NCBI GenBank assembly: GCA_947632505.1
Contig: CANRPN010000001.1
Coordinates: forward strand, 3,870 to 67,869
DNA length: 64,000 nt
Origin: an uncultured Clostridia bacterium
GTDB taxonomy: Bacteria; Bacillota; Clostridia; Christensenellales; Borkfalkiaceae
Direction: 5' to 3'
Shown here piece by piece: positions 1-9,166 of the stretch. The translations under genes were made by a program, and so were the position numbers. Each line of letters begins with the position of its first letter. The stretch's first letter is position 1. The notes under the pieces were generated by a model. The model was not told the origin of the DNA and did no database searches. It worked only from the letters and a program-made list of their open reading frames with translations.

Positions 1-1
1 G

Positions 2-82
2 CCTGCGGAAAATTTCGAGGCTCTTCAAGAAGCGGATCTGCTGGCGCGCAGAGCCGCAACCGGGTACATCTATGATAAATGA
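2..82 (+). CDS. 3' end (last 26 codons) of an upstream gene entering the window; possibly dxr
   Basis: Frame 2 is open from base 2 to TGA at 80-82 (PAENFEALQEADLLARRAATGYIYDK*) and overlaps the rseP ATG. The C-terminal EAD..AR pattern and the common dxr-rseP neighbourhood suggest Dxr, but 26 aa is too little to be sure. Confidence 0.3.
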   Translation, partial: PAENFEALQEADLLARRAATGYIYDK

Positions 83-1541
83 TCTTCTGTCGGTATGGAG
101 CACGATCGGCTCCGTCGTGCTTGCAATCCTGATCTTGCTCGTCATGGTCACCATCCATGAGTTCGGGCACTATATCGCCGGCAAACTTCTTCATTTCAAG
201 ATCGACGAATTTTCCGTCGGGTTCGGGCCCGCGATCTTCAAACATACGAGCAAAAAGACGGGAATGCTCTTTGCGGTGCGCGTCATTCCCTTGGGCGGAT
301 ATTGCGCCTTTGCGGGCGAGGACGGCCTTGCGGAGGAAAACGGGCGCGCGGACGCGGAAAAAGACGCGCAGCCGTTTGCCGAACTGTCGTCTCCCGCAGA
401 CGGTACGGCTCCTTCAACGGAGGGAAGCCCTACATCAACGGAGAGCCAAAGATCGAGCCCGCCTTCTGTGTCGAGAGATGTTGTTTCTTGCCCTCCCCCC
501 GCGTCGGAAAAGGGGATCTCTTCTTGCTCTCCCCCCGCGTCGGAAAAGGGGATCTCTTCTTGCTCTCCTCACGCGTCGGGGGGAGAGGTAGGGGAGGGGG
601 GCCGCCCCCGACCCGAACGGACCGCACCGGCCGATACTTCGGGCTATTTCACCAACCGCCCCTGCTGGGCGCGCATCATCGTGCTCGTTTCGGGCGCGCT
701 GATGAACTATCTGCTTGCGCTCGTACTCATCATCGTCGGATTTCTTGCCTACGGGCAGACGATGGTCGCGGTCTATAAAATGGAGGAGGCGGAGGGCGAG
801 TTTGCGGCGTACAGCTTGCAGGATCTCGACATCTTCTTGCAGATCGAGGGGAAAAATCTCTATCTCACGTCGGACATTGCGCAGGCGCTCAACGGCAAGA
901 AGAAGGGCGATCTCGTCACGATGCGCGTTTCCCGCGCATGCGGGTTGCAGTGGGAGGAGGACGAAACCGGCCGGGAGCGTCCCGCTTTCGATCACCGTGA
1001 GGAGACGGACGTCACCGTCATGCTCCGCTCGGACGTGACCGTCAAGAACAGCGCCGATTTCACGAGCGTATGGAACGCGCTCGGCGTCAAATACGACGAA
1101 GGCTCGGAATCATCCTCCGAAGGTTACTATCTCGCCAATGCCGTCTATCGGTTCGGCTTCGGTGAGGCGCTCGGGCGGGCCTTTTTGTACTCTTTCAAGA
1201 TCGCGGGCAGCATCTTCAAGATCATCGGGGAACTGCTCACGGGCAAGCTCGGGCTCTCCGCGTTCGGCGGCCCCGTAACGACCATTCGCATGACTTCCGA
1301 GATCGCCTCGCGCGGTTTCCGCTATTTCCTCGAAATCGCGGGCTATATCGGCGTCAATCTCGCCGTGTTCAATCTGCTGCCCATCCCCGCGCTCGACGGC
1401 AGCAAGGTGGTTTTCACCGCCATCGAATGGGTGCGCGGAAAGCCGATCAGCCGCAAGGTGGAGGCGATCATCCACGCCGTCGGGTTCGTGCTCCTTCTTG
1501 GCTTTGCCGTTCTCGTAGATATTCTTCAATTTGTACTGTAA
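72..1541 (+). CDS. rseP: RIP (site-2) zinc metalloprotease, M50 family (RseP/RasP type), with an unusual ~105-aa low-complexity insert
   Basis: HEFGHY (HExxH) in the first TM helix, GGYCAF re-entrant loop motif, PDZ-like middle region, and C-terminal NLLPIPALDGSKV (LDG motif). Confidence 0.9.
   Translation: MINDLLSVWSTIGSVVLAILILLVMVTIHEFGHYIAGKLLHFKIDEFSVGFGPAIFKHTSKKTGMLFAVRVIPLGGYCAFAGEDGLAEENGRADAEKDAQPFAELSSPADGTAPSTEGSPTSTESQRSSPPSVSRDVVSCPPPASEKGISSCSPPASEKGISSCSPHASGGEVGEGGRPRPERTAPADTSGYFTNRPCWARIIVLVSGALMNYLLALVLIIVGFLAYGQTMVAVYKMEEAEGEFAAYSLQDLDIFLQIEGKNLYLTSDIAQALNGKKKGDLVTMRVSRACGLQWEEDETGRERPAFDHREETDVTVMLRSDVTVKNSADFTSVWNALGVKYDEGSESSSEGYYLANAVYRFGFGEALGRAFLYSFKIAGSIFKIIGELLTGKLGLSAFGGPVTTIRMTSEIASRGFRYFLEIAGYIGVNLAVFNLLPIPALDGSKVVFTAIEWVRGKPISRKVEAIIHAVGFVLLLGFAVLVDILQFVL
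495..566 (+). repeat. Perfect 36-bp x2 in-frame tandem repeat inside rseP (12 aa PPASEKGISSCS x2), with a degenerate third copy after it
   Basis: ccccccgcgtcggaaaaggggatctcttcttgctct occurs identically at 495-530 and 531-566. Confidence 0.95.
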
Positions 1542-1553
1542 CGGAAAAGAAAA

Positions 1554-1594
1554 GCCCGCTCCGCGCAGAATTGCGCGGAGCGGGCGGTTTTTTT
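1554..1594. terminator. Bidirectional intrinsic terminator between convergent rseP and thiT
   Basis: Perfect 14-bp stem (1554-1567 / 1572-1585) with a GAAT loop. An A-run lies upstream and T7 downstream. Confidence 0.8.
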
Positions 1595-1601
1595 ACGCCG
1601 T

Positions 1602-2786
1602 TCAATCGGACGTTTCTTTCACGGAGTTCAATTTTCTCGCTTCCCGCACGAAGGTCTTGGAACTGAACACAAGGATGCCCACCACCACGACGATCGCGAT
1701 GTCCACGAACACAAAGGAATTGTATGCGAGGGAATAGGCCCAGACACTGTCGAGCGTGCTGTATTCGGAGAAGGCGAATACGCCCGAGAGCACATGGGAG
1801 GCGAAGCGGAACAAGCTCCCCAAGATCGTCCCGAGGGCGAATTGGAGCTGCGGCAATTTTTCAAGCGGCTTGAAATGCGCAAACAGTCCCGCAAGCCCGA
1901 TCCCCGCAAAGGCGATGGGGTAGTCGAGCAAGATCTGCGCGGGGTGAATGAGCCACGGGTCCTGCACGATCTGCAAAATGCCGTAGATAAAGCCCGCAAA
2001 GATGCCCTTCTTCACGCCGAACATGTAGGAGTACACGGCGAGGGGAAGGAGGGAGGCGATCGTCACCGAACCGCCCTGCGGAAGCGTCAGCCCTGGAATT
2101 TTCAGATAGGAGAGAGCAAAGCTCATGGCAATACACACCGCAGCATAGGCAATGGATTTGCTGTCGAACCCGCGCTTGTCCTTTCTGCCGAAGAAGAGGG
2201 CTGCAAATAGCAGAATGCCGATGAGCACGAGCGCGCCCACATAAAGACCCACATTCTCGCCCACCGTGATCGTTGCGCCGTTGTTCTCCTCCGCCGATCC
2301 GTTTGCATAGTAAACGCCTATGCAGACGAGCAGGGCGACGAGCGCCGCGCCGACGGCGGAGAGGGAGACGGCTTTTCCGATCCGGAAAGCCTTCTCGCCG
2401 AAGAGATAGCAAAGATAGGTCGCGGCGATCGCGAGCACCACCGTTGCGCCGAGCACCACGGAAGGCTGGAACACAAGATCGAAGATGTAACCCTTCTCCT
2501 GCATCTCCAAAAATTCGAGGGAGAGCATGGCGAGGATCACCGTGGCGGAAAATCCGCATGCGAGCGAGACCGCAACTTTGAGATAGGAGGGAAGCGCCTC
2601 CTCCTTCTTCATGCGGACGGCAATGCCCACCGCGACGAGCAGAACCGCGAGGACGATGGCGGCATAGAAGAAGATGTTTGCAAGATTGTTTTTCGCAAAC
2701 TCCGTCCATACGTCGGGGTAGACATAGCCCTTGCCGTCCGCGGTTTCGATGACTTCCGTGTAGGAAGCCAACAGGGAACCGAACAT
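1602..2786 (-). CDS. thiT: Thiamine transporter ThiT (ECF S-component-like) fused to an extra N-terminal ~200-aa multi-TM region
   Basis: The C-terminal half (YLKIPGLTLPQGGSVTIASLLPLAVYSYMFGVKKG...LLDYPIAFAGIGLAG) matches the ThiT/YuaJ pattern. A TPP riboswitch lies directly upstream. Confidence 0.8.
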   Translation of the reverse strand: MFGSLLASYTEVIETADGKGYVYPDVWTEFAKNNLANIFFYAAIVLAVLLVAVGIAVRMKKEEALPSYLKVAVSLACGFSATVILAMLSLEFLEMQEKGYIFDLVFQPSVVLGATVVLAIAATYLCYLFGEKAFRIGKAVSLSAVGAALVALLVCIGVYYANGSAEENNGATITVGENVGLYVGALVLIGILLFAALFFGRKDKRGFDSKSIAYAAVCIAMSFALSYLKIPGLTLPQGGSVTIASLLPLAVYSYMFGVKKGIFAGFIYGILQIVQDPWLIHPAQILLDYPIAFAGIGLAGLFAHFKPLEKLPQLQFALGTILGSLFRFASHVLSGVFAFSEYSTLDSVWAYSLAYNSFVFVDIAIVVVVGILVFSSKTFVREARKLNSVKETSD

Positions 2787-2814
2787 ACAATTACCTCCTT
2801 TTTTCCGTCTTGGA

Positions 2815-2950
2815 ATGTTTCAAAAGAAACGCCCGCGCAACTTGTTGCGCGGGCGGAAAACTCCTCGAAAAATCCTGTCTTTCGTTCAGGTATTACCCTG
2901 TCCGATTCGAATGGTATGATCTCAGCTTTTTACGGCACCCACGACGGATA
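2815..2950 (-). promoter_or_regulatory. TPP (THI-box) riboswitch with a terminator expression platform, controlling thiT
   Basis: The minus strand reads GGGUGCCGUAAAAAGCUGAGAUCAUACCAUUCGAAUCGGACAGGGUAAUACCUGAACGAAAGA, which carries the CUGAGA, ACC..UCGAAUC and GGGUAAUACC core elements. It is followed by an 11-bp GC hairpin (2830-2855) and a U-rich tract. Confidence 0.8.
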
Positions 2951-2968
2951 TTGAATTTTAATATCTGC

Positions 2969-2974
2969 ATTATA
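2969..2974 (-). promoter_or_regulatory. Probable -10 box (TGaTATAAT, extended) of the thiT riboswitch promoter
   Basis: The minus strand reads tttact-17nt-tataat with a TG motif, about 15-20 nt upstream of the aptamer. Confidence 0.45.
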
Positions 2975-2997
2975 TCACGAAATTTTGCAAAAGTAAA

Positions 2998-3026
2998 TTG
3001 CTTTTTGGGAGAAAATGCGATATAAT
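2998..3026 (+). promoter_or_regulatory. Sigma-A-type promoter (TTGCTT-17-TATAAT) placed for a leaderless yfbR-like mRNA
   Basis: -35 at 2998-3003 and -10 at 3021-3026. The ATG at 3034 lies 7 nt after the -10 box and has no SD. Confidence 0.5.
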
Positions 3027-3033
3027 GTGGACT

Positions 3034-3615
3034 ATGGATAAATTTTACGCTTATATGGATAGAATGAAGTTCATCAAACGCTGGCAGCTCATGCGCTCGG
3101 TGCGCGAGGAGAACATCATGGAGCACTCCCACTCCGTGGCGATCTTGACGCACGCCCTCTGCGTCATCGAAAACAAAGTTTTCGGCGGTAGCGTAGACGT
3201 AAACAAGGCGGTCTTTTACGCCCTCTATCACGAGGTGAGCGAGGTAATGACGGGGGATCTGCCCACTCCCGTGAAATACTTCAACAACAGCATCCACGGC
3301 GAATATGAGAAGCTCGAAACGCTTGCTGTGCAGAAGATCGCGGGGACCCTGCCCGAGGAGATGAGAGAGGAGATCTATCCCTATCTCGAAGCGGATAAAA
3401 CTTCGCGGGAATACCGTCTTACAAAGGCGGCGGACAGGCTCTCGGCCTACATCAAGTGCCTCGAAGAGCTGCGCTCGGGGAACAACGAGTTCGTGCGGGC
3501 CAAGAAGGAGATCGAGGAGTCGCTCGTTGATCTGCACATTCCCGCTGTGGACTATTTCTTCGAGCGCTTCATTCCCGCGTTCGATTTAACGCTCGACGAA
3601 TTGGAAGGATTGTAA
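3034..3615 (+). CDS. HD-domain 5'-deoxynucleotidase (YfbR-like)
   Basis: MDRMKFIKRWQLMR...ENIMEHSHSVAILTHAL...YHEVSEVMTGDLPTP matches the YfbR family pattern. The track ORF starts at TTG 2998, but ATG 3034 is preferred. Confidence 0.85.
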   Translation: MDKFYAYMDRMKFIKRWQLMRSVREENIMEHSHSVAILTHALCVIENKVFGGSVDVNKAVFYALYHEVSEVMTGDLPTPVKYFNNSIHGEYEKLETLAVQKIAGTLPEEMREEIYPYLEADKTSREYRLTKAADRLSAYIKCLEELRSGNNEFVRAKKEIEESLVDLHIPAVDYFFERFIPAFDLTLDELEGL

Positions 3616-3638
3616 AATTTCGATTTGGCAATGAAAAA

Positions 3639-3672
3639 CCGCCCGCCCGCGCTCATATGCGCGGGCGGGCGG
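3639..3672 (-). terminator. Intrinsic terminator downstream of rqcH
   Basis: Perfect 14-bp GC stem (3639-3652 / 3659-3672). On the minus strand it is followed by a U5 tract. Confidence 0.6.
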
Positions 3673-3676
3673 ACGT

Positions 3677-5374
3677 CTATTCCTCGATCGGCTCGGCGAG
3701 AACCGTCTTGAAGTCGGTATAGATGACAAATCCCGCCTTGCTCTTGGGCGGTTTTTTCACGTATTTGATTTTGCAATAGTCCACGGGCACCTTGCCGCCT
3801 CCCTTGGCGTCCGAATAGCGCGCGCAGATCCCCGCCGCATACAGGAGCACTTCGCCCGTGACCTCCCGTCCCTTCGTCTCGATCACGACGTGGCAGGAGT
3901 GATATTTCTGCGTGTGCAGCCAAATGTCCTCGGGAGCGCTCGCCCGTACAAGTTTGTCGTTTTGCAGATTATTTCTGCCCGCACGGATCGAAAACCCTGC
4001 CTTTTCATATTGGCGGAAGCCGATCTCGGGCGGATTTTTGCGCCCGCGCGGTTCCTTGGGCGCTTTCAGCATGCCCGCCGAGAGAAGTTCTTCTTCGAGC
4101 GAGCGCAAATCGTCCGCACTCCCGGCGGCGGAGATCGCGGCGGCAAGGCTCTCCGCATAGTCGAGCTCGGCCGCGGCCTCCTTCTCCTGCGGTTCCAACG
4201 CTTCGAGCGTCCGCTTCTGTTTGTGATATTTTTTGAAATAATTCTGCGCGTTCTGCGAGGGGGTGAGGGTCTCGTCAAGAGAAATTTTCAGTGTCCCGCC
4301 CCTTTCGTCGTAATAGTTAAGAAGCTCGCAGCTCTTCATCCCCCGCGAGAGGGCGTAGAGATTGGCCGTGAGCAGCTCTCCCTTCACGCGGTTCTCCTCC
4401 AAAGAGGCGCATTCCCGCTGTTTGTCGCGGATCTGAAAGAGCCGCTTTTCCGCCTTTTTTCTCACGGTATTGACGGCGGCGGACAGCCTGCGCCGCTCGC
4501 CTTCGATGTGCTTGCGGCTTCGTTTTTTGCCGTAGAAATAGCTCTGCGCCGCGCTCAGGGTGGGGAAGGGACGGGCGCCTTCCCGATGGCGGGCAAAGAA
4601 GTCGGTCGCCTCGCCGTCCCGCTCCATGACGCAGGGAGAGATCTCGTCGGAAAAGATGTAATCATATACATGTTCGGGAAAATTCCCGCCGCGATAAGAG
4701 GAAACGATCTCTTCCGCCGTGCAGGGTGCAAGGCCCGCAACATGCAGAAAGAGAAATCGCGCCATGTCCTCATGCGGGGAAGCAAGCAGGGCGGCGAGGG
4801 CGGCTTTGTCCGAGGGGTTCACCTTGTCCTGCGGGGCGGGCAAAACGTATTTTACGCCGGGAAGAATGGCGCGTTTGCAGTTTTCGTCGAGCATGGTCGT
4901 CTTTAAGGCGCCCAGCACCGTGCCGTTTTCCACGAGAATGATGTTGGAGTACTTGCCCATGATCTCTGCGCGCAGTTCCCGCTCCGTCTCCGAGAAGTCG
5001 GAAAAGCACTTGATGCGGATCACGAGAATGCGCTCAAACCCGTCGAGGGAGACGCCGAGGATCTCCGCGCCCGTGAGGTGTTTTCTGAGCAGCATGCAGA
5101 AATTGGGTGCGACGAGGGGATTTTCACGCTCGTCCCCGGTAAAATAGACCCCGCACTCGGCAGCATTCGCATTTACCGTGAGTTTCACCGTGCGTTTCCC
5201 CGTATAGACGATGAGGGCCAGCTCCTCCTTTTCCGGCTGGTTCACGCGGTTGATCTTGCCCCCGCGCAGGGTTTCGTCAAGCTCCTTTGCAATGAGCCTT
5301 AATGTGAATGTGTCCTGAGGCATGTCTCCATTATAGCCCAAATGCAAGCGTTTGTAAAGAGAAACGGTTCCCAA
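3677..5374 (-). CDS. rqcH: Ribosome quality-control protein RqcH (NFACT / FbpA family)
   Basis: 565 aa with an NFACT-N-like N-terminus, a coiled-coil middle and a C-terminal DUF814-like region (WLHTQKYHSCHVVI...). Confidence 0.85.
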   Translation of the reverse strand: MGTVSLYKRLHLGYNGDMPQDTFTLRLIAKELDETLRGGKINRVNQPEKEELALIVYTGKRTVKLTVNANAAECGVYFTGDERENPLVAPNFCMLLRKHLTGAEILGVSLDGFERILVIRIKCFSDFSETERELRAEIMGKYSNIILVENGTVLGALKTTMLDENCKRAILPGVKYVLPAPQDKVNPSDKAALAALLASPHEDMARFLFLHVAGLAPCTAEEIVSSYRGGNFPEHVYDYIFSDEISPCVMERDGEATDFFARHREGARPFPTLSAAQSYFYGKKRSRKHIEGERRRLSAAVNTVRKKAEKRLFQIRDKQRECASLEENRVKGELLTANLYALSRGMKSCELLNYYDERGGTLKISLDETLTPSQNAQNYFKKYHKQKRTLEALEPQEKEAAAELDYAESLAAAISAAGSADDLRSLEEELLSAGMLKAPKEPRGRKNPPEIGFRQYEKAGFSIRAGRNNLQNDKLVRASAPEDIWLHTQKYHSCHVVIETKGREVTGEVLLYAAGICARYSDAKGGGKVPVDYCKIKYVKKPPKSKAGFVIYTDFKTVLAEPIEE

Positions 5375-5660
5375 GCCTGCATTTTTGTGCGGAGGAGAAA
5401 AGCGACGCCTCAGTCACCTATAAGGGTCACCGTTTGCGCAGCGAATGCGCTTACTCATGTCGCATTGCGCCAACGGTTATCAACCGTTGGCAGAAAGCAG
5501 TGCTCCACCCATAAATGGGGGCAGGTCTGCGTGAGAAAAGAAACGCACAAACAAAGAAAAAATAGCGGAACCGATAAAAATCGCTTTTCTTTTTGACGTC
5601 AATGTGTTAAAATGTAATCTGCGAAATTTTGGAGACGAAAACTTTATCAGGAGATCTGTT

Positions 5661-6965
5661 ATGAAATACGAAGTGAAACCCGCAGAAAAAAGCACAGTGA
5701 AAATCACGATCCATTTCACACCCGAAGAATGGGCGGAGGCAAACAACAAAGCCTATGTGCAAAACAGAAGCAAGTATGCCGTAAACGGCTTCCGCAAGGG
5801 CAAAGCGCCCAAGCATGTGCTCGAAATGTACTACGGGAAGGGCCTCTTCTATGAGGACGCGCTCAATTTGCTCTACTATGAGCATTACGGCAAGATCCTC
5901 GAAGAGGAAAAGGAACACTTCACCGCCGTGGGCGATCCCTCTCTCTCCCTCGGGGAGGATTTTTCGGAGGAGAATATCGTTCTCGTTGCCGACGTTCCCG
6001 TGAAGCCCGAGGTCACGATCGGCAGCTACAAGGGTATAAAAATCACCAAGTATGAGTATACTGTTACGGACGCGGACGTGGAGAAAGAGATCGAAAGCGT
6101 GCGTGAGCGCATCGCCGAGAGCGTGGAAGTCAGCGACCGTCCCGCGCAGATGGGCGATACGGTCAACATTGACTTCGTCGGCAAGACGGACGGCAAGGAG
6201 TTCGACGGCGGCACTGCCGCAGGCTACGACCTCGTGCTCGGCTCCCACTCCTTTATTCCCGGTTTTGAAGAGGGCGTCGTCGGGATGAATCCCGGTGAAG
6301 TCAAGGAGATCGAAGTCACCTTCCCCGAGGACTACCAGGCGGAAGAACTCAAAGGCAAGCCCGCCGTTTTTACGGTCACGCTGCACAAGATCACGGGGAA
6401 ACTGCTTCCCGAACTCAATGAGGAATTTGCGAAGAAGATGGGCAGCGACAGCATGGAGGCCTACACCGCCAAGGTGCGGGAGCGCCTCGAAAAGAATGCC
6501 GCCTCCCGTTCCCTCAACGAAACGGAAAACAGCATCCTCACCGAGATCGCAAAGACGGCCTCTGCGGAGATCCCCCAGATCATGATCGACCGCCAGTGCG
6601 ATGCTTCCCTGCAACGCATGGAGTACAACCTCATGTATCAGGGGATCAAACTCGACGACTATCTCAACTATATCGGCTCCACCCGCGAGGAGTATAAGAA
6701 GAATTTCGAAGAGGAGGCGCGGACGGCCGTTTTGCACCAACTCATCGTGGAAAAGCTCATCGAGCTGGAACACATCGCCGCCTCCGAGGAGGAGATCGCA
6801 GCCAAGGTCGCCGAGCAGGCCGCAAGCGTCGGGAAGGAACCCGAGGAATACAAAAAGACGATGGATCCCCGTCAGCTGGAATACATCGAGAACGACATCA
6901 AGGTAACCAAGCTGTTCGAATTTTTACAGGCAAACAATGAAATGATCCCTGCGGAGGAGAAATAA
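5661..6965 (+). CDS. tig: Trigger factor
   Basis: [17 protein letters not shown]..., GFRKGKAP signature, FKBP-type middle domain; SD caggag upstream; tig-clpP-clpX synteny. Confidence 0.95.
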   Translation: MKYEVKPAEKSTVKITIHFTPEEWAEANNKAYVQNRSKYAVNGFRKGKAPKHVLEMYYGKGLFYEDALNLLYYEHYGKILEEEKEHFTAVGDPSLSLGEDFSEENIVLVADVPVKPEVTIGSYKGIKITKYEYTVTDADVEKEIESVRERIAESVEVSDRPAQMGDTVNIDFVGKTDGKEFDGGTAAGYDLVLGSHSFIPGFEEGVVGMNPGEVKEIEVTFPEDYQAEELKGKPAVFTVTLHKITGKLLPELNEEFAKKMGSDSMEAYTAKVRERLEKNAASRSLNETENSILTEIAKTASAEIPQIMIDRQCDASLQRMEYNLMYQGIKLDDYLNYIGSTREEYKKNFEEEARTAVLHQLIVEKLIELEHIAASEEEIAAKVAEQAASVGKEPEEYKKTMDPRQLEYIENDIKVTKLFEFLQANNEMIPAEEK

Positions 6966-6966
6966 T

Positions 6967-7560
6967 ATGAACGAAAAGAATGTACTCATTCCCTATGTTG
7001 TAGAGCGTACCTCGGGCGGCGAGCGGAGCTATGACCTCTATTCCCGCCTCCTCGAAGACCGTATCGTCTTTTTGAGCGGTGAGATCGACGACGCGACCGC
7101 AAATACCGTCGTAGCGCAGCTCATCTATCTCGAAGGGAAAGACCCCGCCAAGGACATCAGTCTCTATATCAACAGCCCGGGCGGTTCCGTCTCTGCGGGA
7201 CTTGCGATTTACGACACCATGAACTATATCAAGTGCGACGTCTCCACGATCTGCATCGGCATGGCGGCGAGCATGGCGGCCTTCTTGCTCTCTTCGGGAG
7301 CACGCGGAAAGCGCTATGCCCTCAAAAACAGCGAGGTGATGATCCACCAGCCCCTCGGCGGAGCGCAGGGTCAGGCGAGCGACATCCGCATCCAGGCCGA
7401 GCATATTTTGCGGATCAAGCAAAAAATGAATGCCATTCTCGCCCGCAACACGGGCAGAACGGTGCAGGAACTCGAACGCGACACAGACCGAGATAATTAT
7501 CTCACCGCCGATGAGGCACTCCAATACGGACTCATCGACAGAGTGTACGAAAAGCGTTGA
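6967..7560 (+). CDS. clpP: ATP-dependent Clp protease proteolytic subunit
   Basis: [17 protein letters not shown]..., INSPGGSV, and the GMAASMAA catalytic Ser context. Confidence 0.97.
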   Translation: MNEKNVLIPYVVERTSGGERSYDLYSRLLEDRIVFLSGEIDDATANTVVAQLIYLEGKDPAKDISLYINSPGGSVSAGLAIYDTMNYIKCDVSTICIGMAASMAAFLLSSGARGKRYALKNSEVMIHQPLGGAQGQASDIRIQAEHILRIKQKMNAILARNTGRTVQELERDTDRDNYLTADEALQYGLIDRVYEKR

Positions 7561-7592
7561 CAAACAGCGCGCAACCATCAGTTAGGAGTGAT

Positions 7593-8825
7593 ATGGCAAA
7601 ATACGAACAAAGCTGTTCCTTCTGCGGGAAGGAAAAATCCAAAACAAGAAAACTCATCGCCGGTCCCGACGGGATCTTTATTTGCGACGAATGCGTGGAA
7701 TTGTGCAAGGACATTCTCGATAAGACGCCTTCCAACGCTCCGGCGGAACAGGTAGAGCTCAAAAAGCCCGCCGAGATCAAGGAAGAACTCGACCAATATA
7801 TCGTCGGCCAGGATAAGGCAAAGAGAGTGCTCTCCGTTGCGGTGTATAACCACTATAAGCGCATCAATTCCATTTTGGCCGGCAAGAAAGATGATGACGT
7901 CGAGATCGAAAAGAGCAATATTTTATTGCTCGGGCCTACGGGCAGCGGAAAAACGCTTCTCGCGCGCACGCTTGCCAAAATTCTCAATGTTCCCTTCGCA
8001 ACCAGCGACGCAACTACGCTCACGGAAGCGGGTTATGTCGGCGAGGACGTGGAAAATATCCTCTTAAAACTCATCCAAAACGCCGATTACGACATCGAAC
8101 GGGCGCAGCGCGGCATTATCTATATTGATGAGATCGATAAAATTGCGCGCAAAGGGGAAAACGTCTCCATCACGCGCGACGTCTCGGGCGAAGGGGTACA
8201 GCAGGCGCTTTTGAAGATCATCGAGAGCACGGTCGCGAACGTTCCCCCGCAGGGCGGCAGAAAACACCCCCAGCAAGACTGCATGCGCATCGACACAACG
8301 AACATCCTCTTTATCTGCGGCGGCGCGTTCGTGGGGCTGGATAAGATCGTGAGCGCAAGAAAAGACGATACGGGACTTGGATTCGGCAGCAAGGTAAAGC
8401 TCGGCGAGAACGAGGTGGACTATACGCTCCTCGACGACGTGAAACCGCAGGATCTCACGAAGTTCGGGCTGATCCCCGAATTTGTTGGGCGCATTCCCAT
8501 TGTGGTGGCGCTGCAAGCGCTCGACGAGGATGCACTCGTGAACATCCTGACCCAGCCCAAGAACGCCATCATCAAGCAATACCAAAAACTCGTCGGATTC
8601 GACGGCGTCAAGCTCACGGTGGAGGACGAGGCTGTGCACGAGATCGCCAATACCGCGATCAGGCTGAAAACGGGCGCGCGGGGCTTACGGACGATCATCG
8701 AGGGTATCATGACGGACATCATGTTCGACATTCCCACCGAGAACAATGTGGAAGAGGTGATCATCACCAAGGACTGCGTGGAAAAGGGCGCCCGTCCCAA
8801 GCTCGTTTATAAGAAGAGCGCATAA
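7593..8825 (+). CDS. clpX: ATP-dependent Clp protease ATP-binding subunit ClpX
   Basis: Zinc-finger CSFCGK...CDEC, Walker A GPTGSGKT, and [12 protein letters not shown] at 7593 follows aggag. Confidence 0.97.
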   Translation: MAKYEQSCSFCGKEKSKTRKLIAGPDGIFICDECVELCKDILDKTPSNAPAEQVELKKPAEIKEELDQYIVGQDKAKRVLSVAVYNHYKRINSILAGKKDDDVEIEKSNILLLGPTGSGKTLLARTLAKILNVPFATSDATTLTEAGYVGEDVENILLKLIQNADYDIERAQRGIIYIDEIDKIARKGENVSITRDVSGEGVQQALLKIIESTVANVPPQGGRKHPQQDCMRIDTTNILFICGGAFVGLDKIVSARKDDTGLGFGSKVKLGENEVDYTLLDDVKPQDLTKFGLIPEFVGRIPIVVALQALDEDALVNILTQPKNAIIKQYQKLVGFDGVKLTVEDEAVHEIANTAIRLKTGARGLRTIIEGIMTDIMFDIPTENNVEEVIITKDCVEKGARPKLVYKKSA

Positions 8826-8837
8826 AGAAAATACGCG

Positions 8838-8868
8838 AAAAAAGCAAGCCGAGCGGCTTGCTTTTTTC
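8838..8868 (+). terminator. Intrinsic terminator of the tig-clpP-clpX unit
   Basis: Hairpin gcaagcc-gagc-ggcttgc followed by T6. Confidence 0.8.
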
Positions 8869-9050
8869 GTTTGCTTTTTTCCGTTTCTCGCATTGCCGAA
8901 AGGGGAGGGCAGAGGGGGACTTTCCACGGCCGCGTTTACTAAATGAATGAAATTTTCTTACATATTCAAATATAATACGAATTTTTTAGGGAATTGACGT
9001 GAAATTTTTTTGCATTTGAAACTTTTTTGCATTTTTTTGTTCTATCTCTA

Positions 9051-9079
9051 TTGACAAGAACTCAAATCGGTATTATAAT
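9051..9079 (+). promoter_or_regulatory. Consensus sigma-A promoter (TTGACA-17-TATAAT) for the 9167 lipoprotein gene
   Basis: -35 at 9051-9056 and -10 at 9074-9079. The upstream region is AT-rich and carries the direct repeat TTTTTTGCATTT twice (9005-9035). Confidence 0.6.
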
Positions 9080-9166
9080 AGATTCAAGCGTGGTGGGCGA
9101 TATTTCGGCTTATGCGTCGGTGCGTCGATTGCGCAAAAAAAACGATCAAAATGTGAGGAGGAAACT

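Noticed and set aside
495-566. Possible CRISPR-like repeat (36-bp identical units)
   Set aside because: The units are directly adjacent with no spacers. There are only two perfect copies, and they are in-frame inside rseP. This is a tandem duplication, not a CRISPR array. The same reasoning applies to the 29-bp duplication at 41472-41529.
5607-6773. 388-aa minus-strand ORF, plus the similar 12259-13710 and 28634-29782 ORFs
   Set aside because: They are antisense to tig, the msmX-type ATPase gene and argS respectively, all of which are unambiguous.
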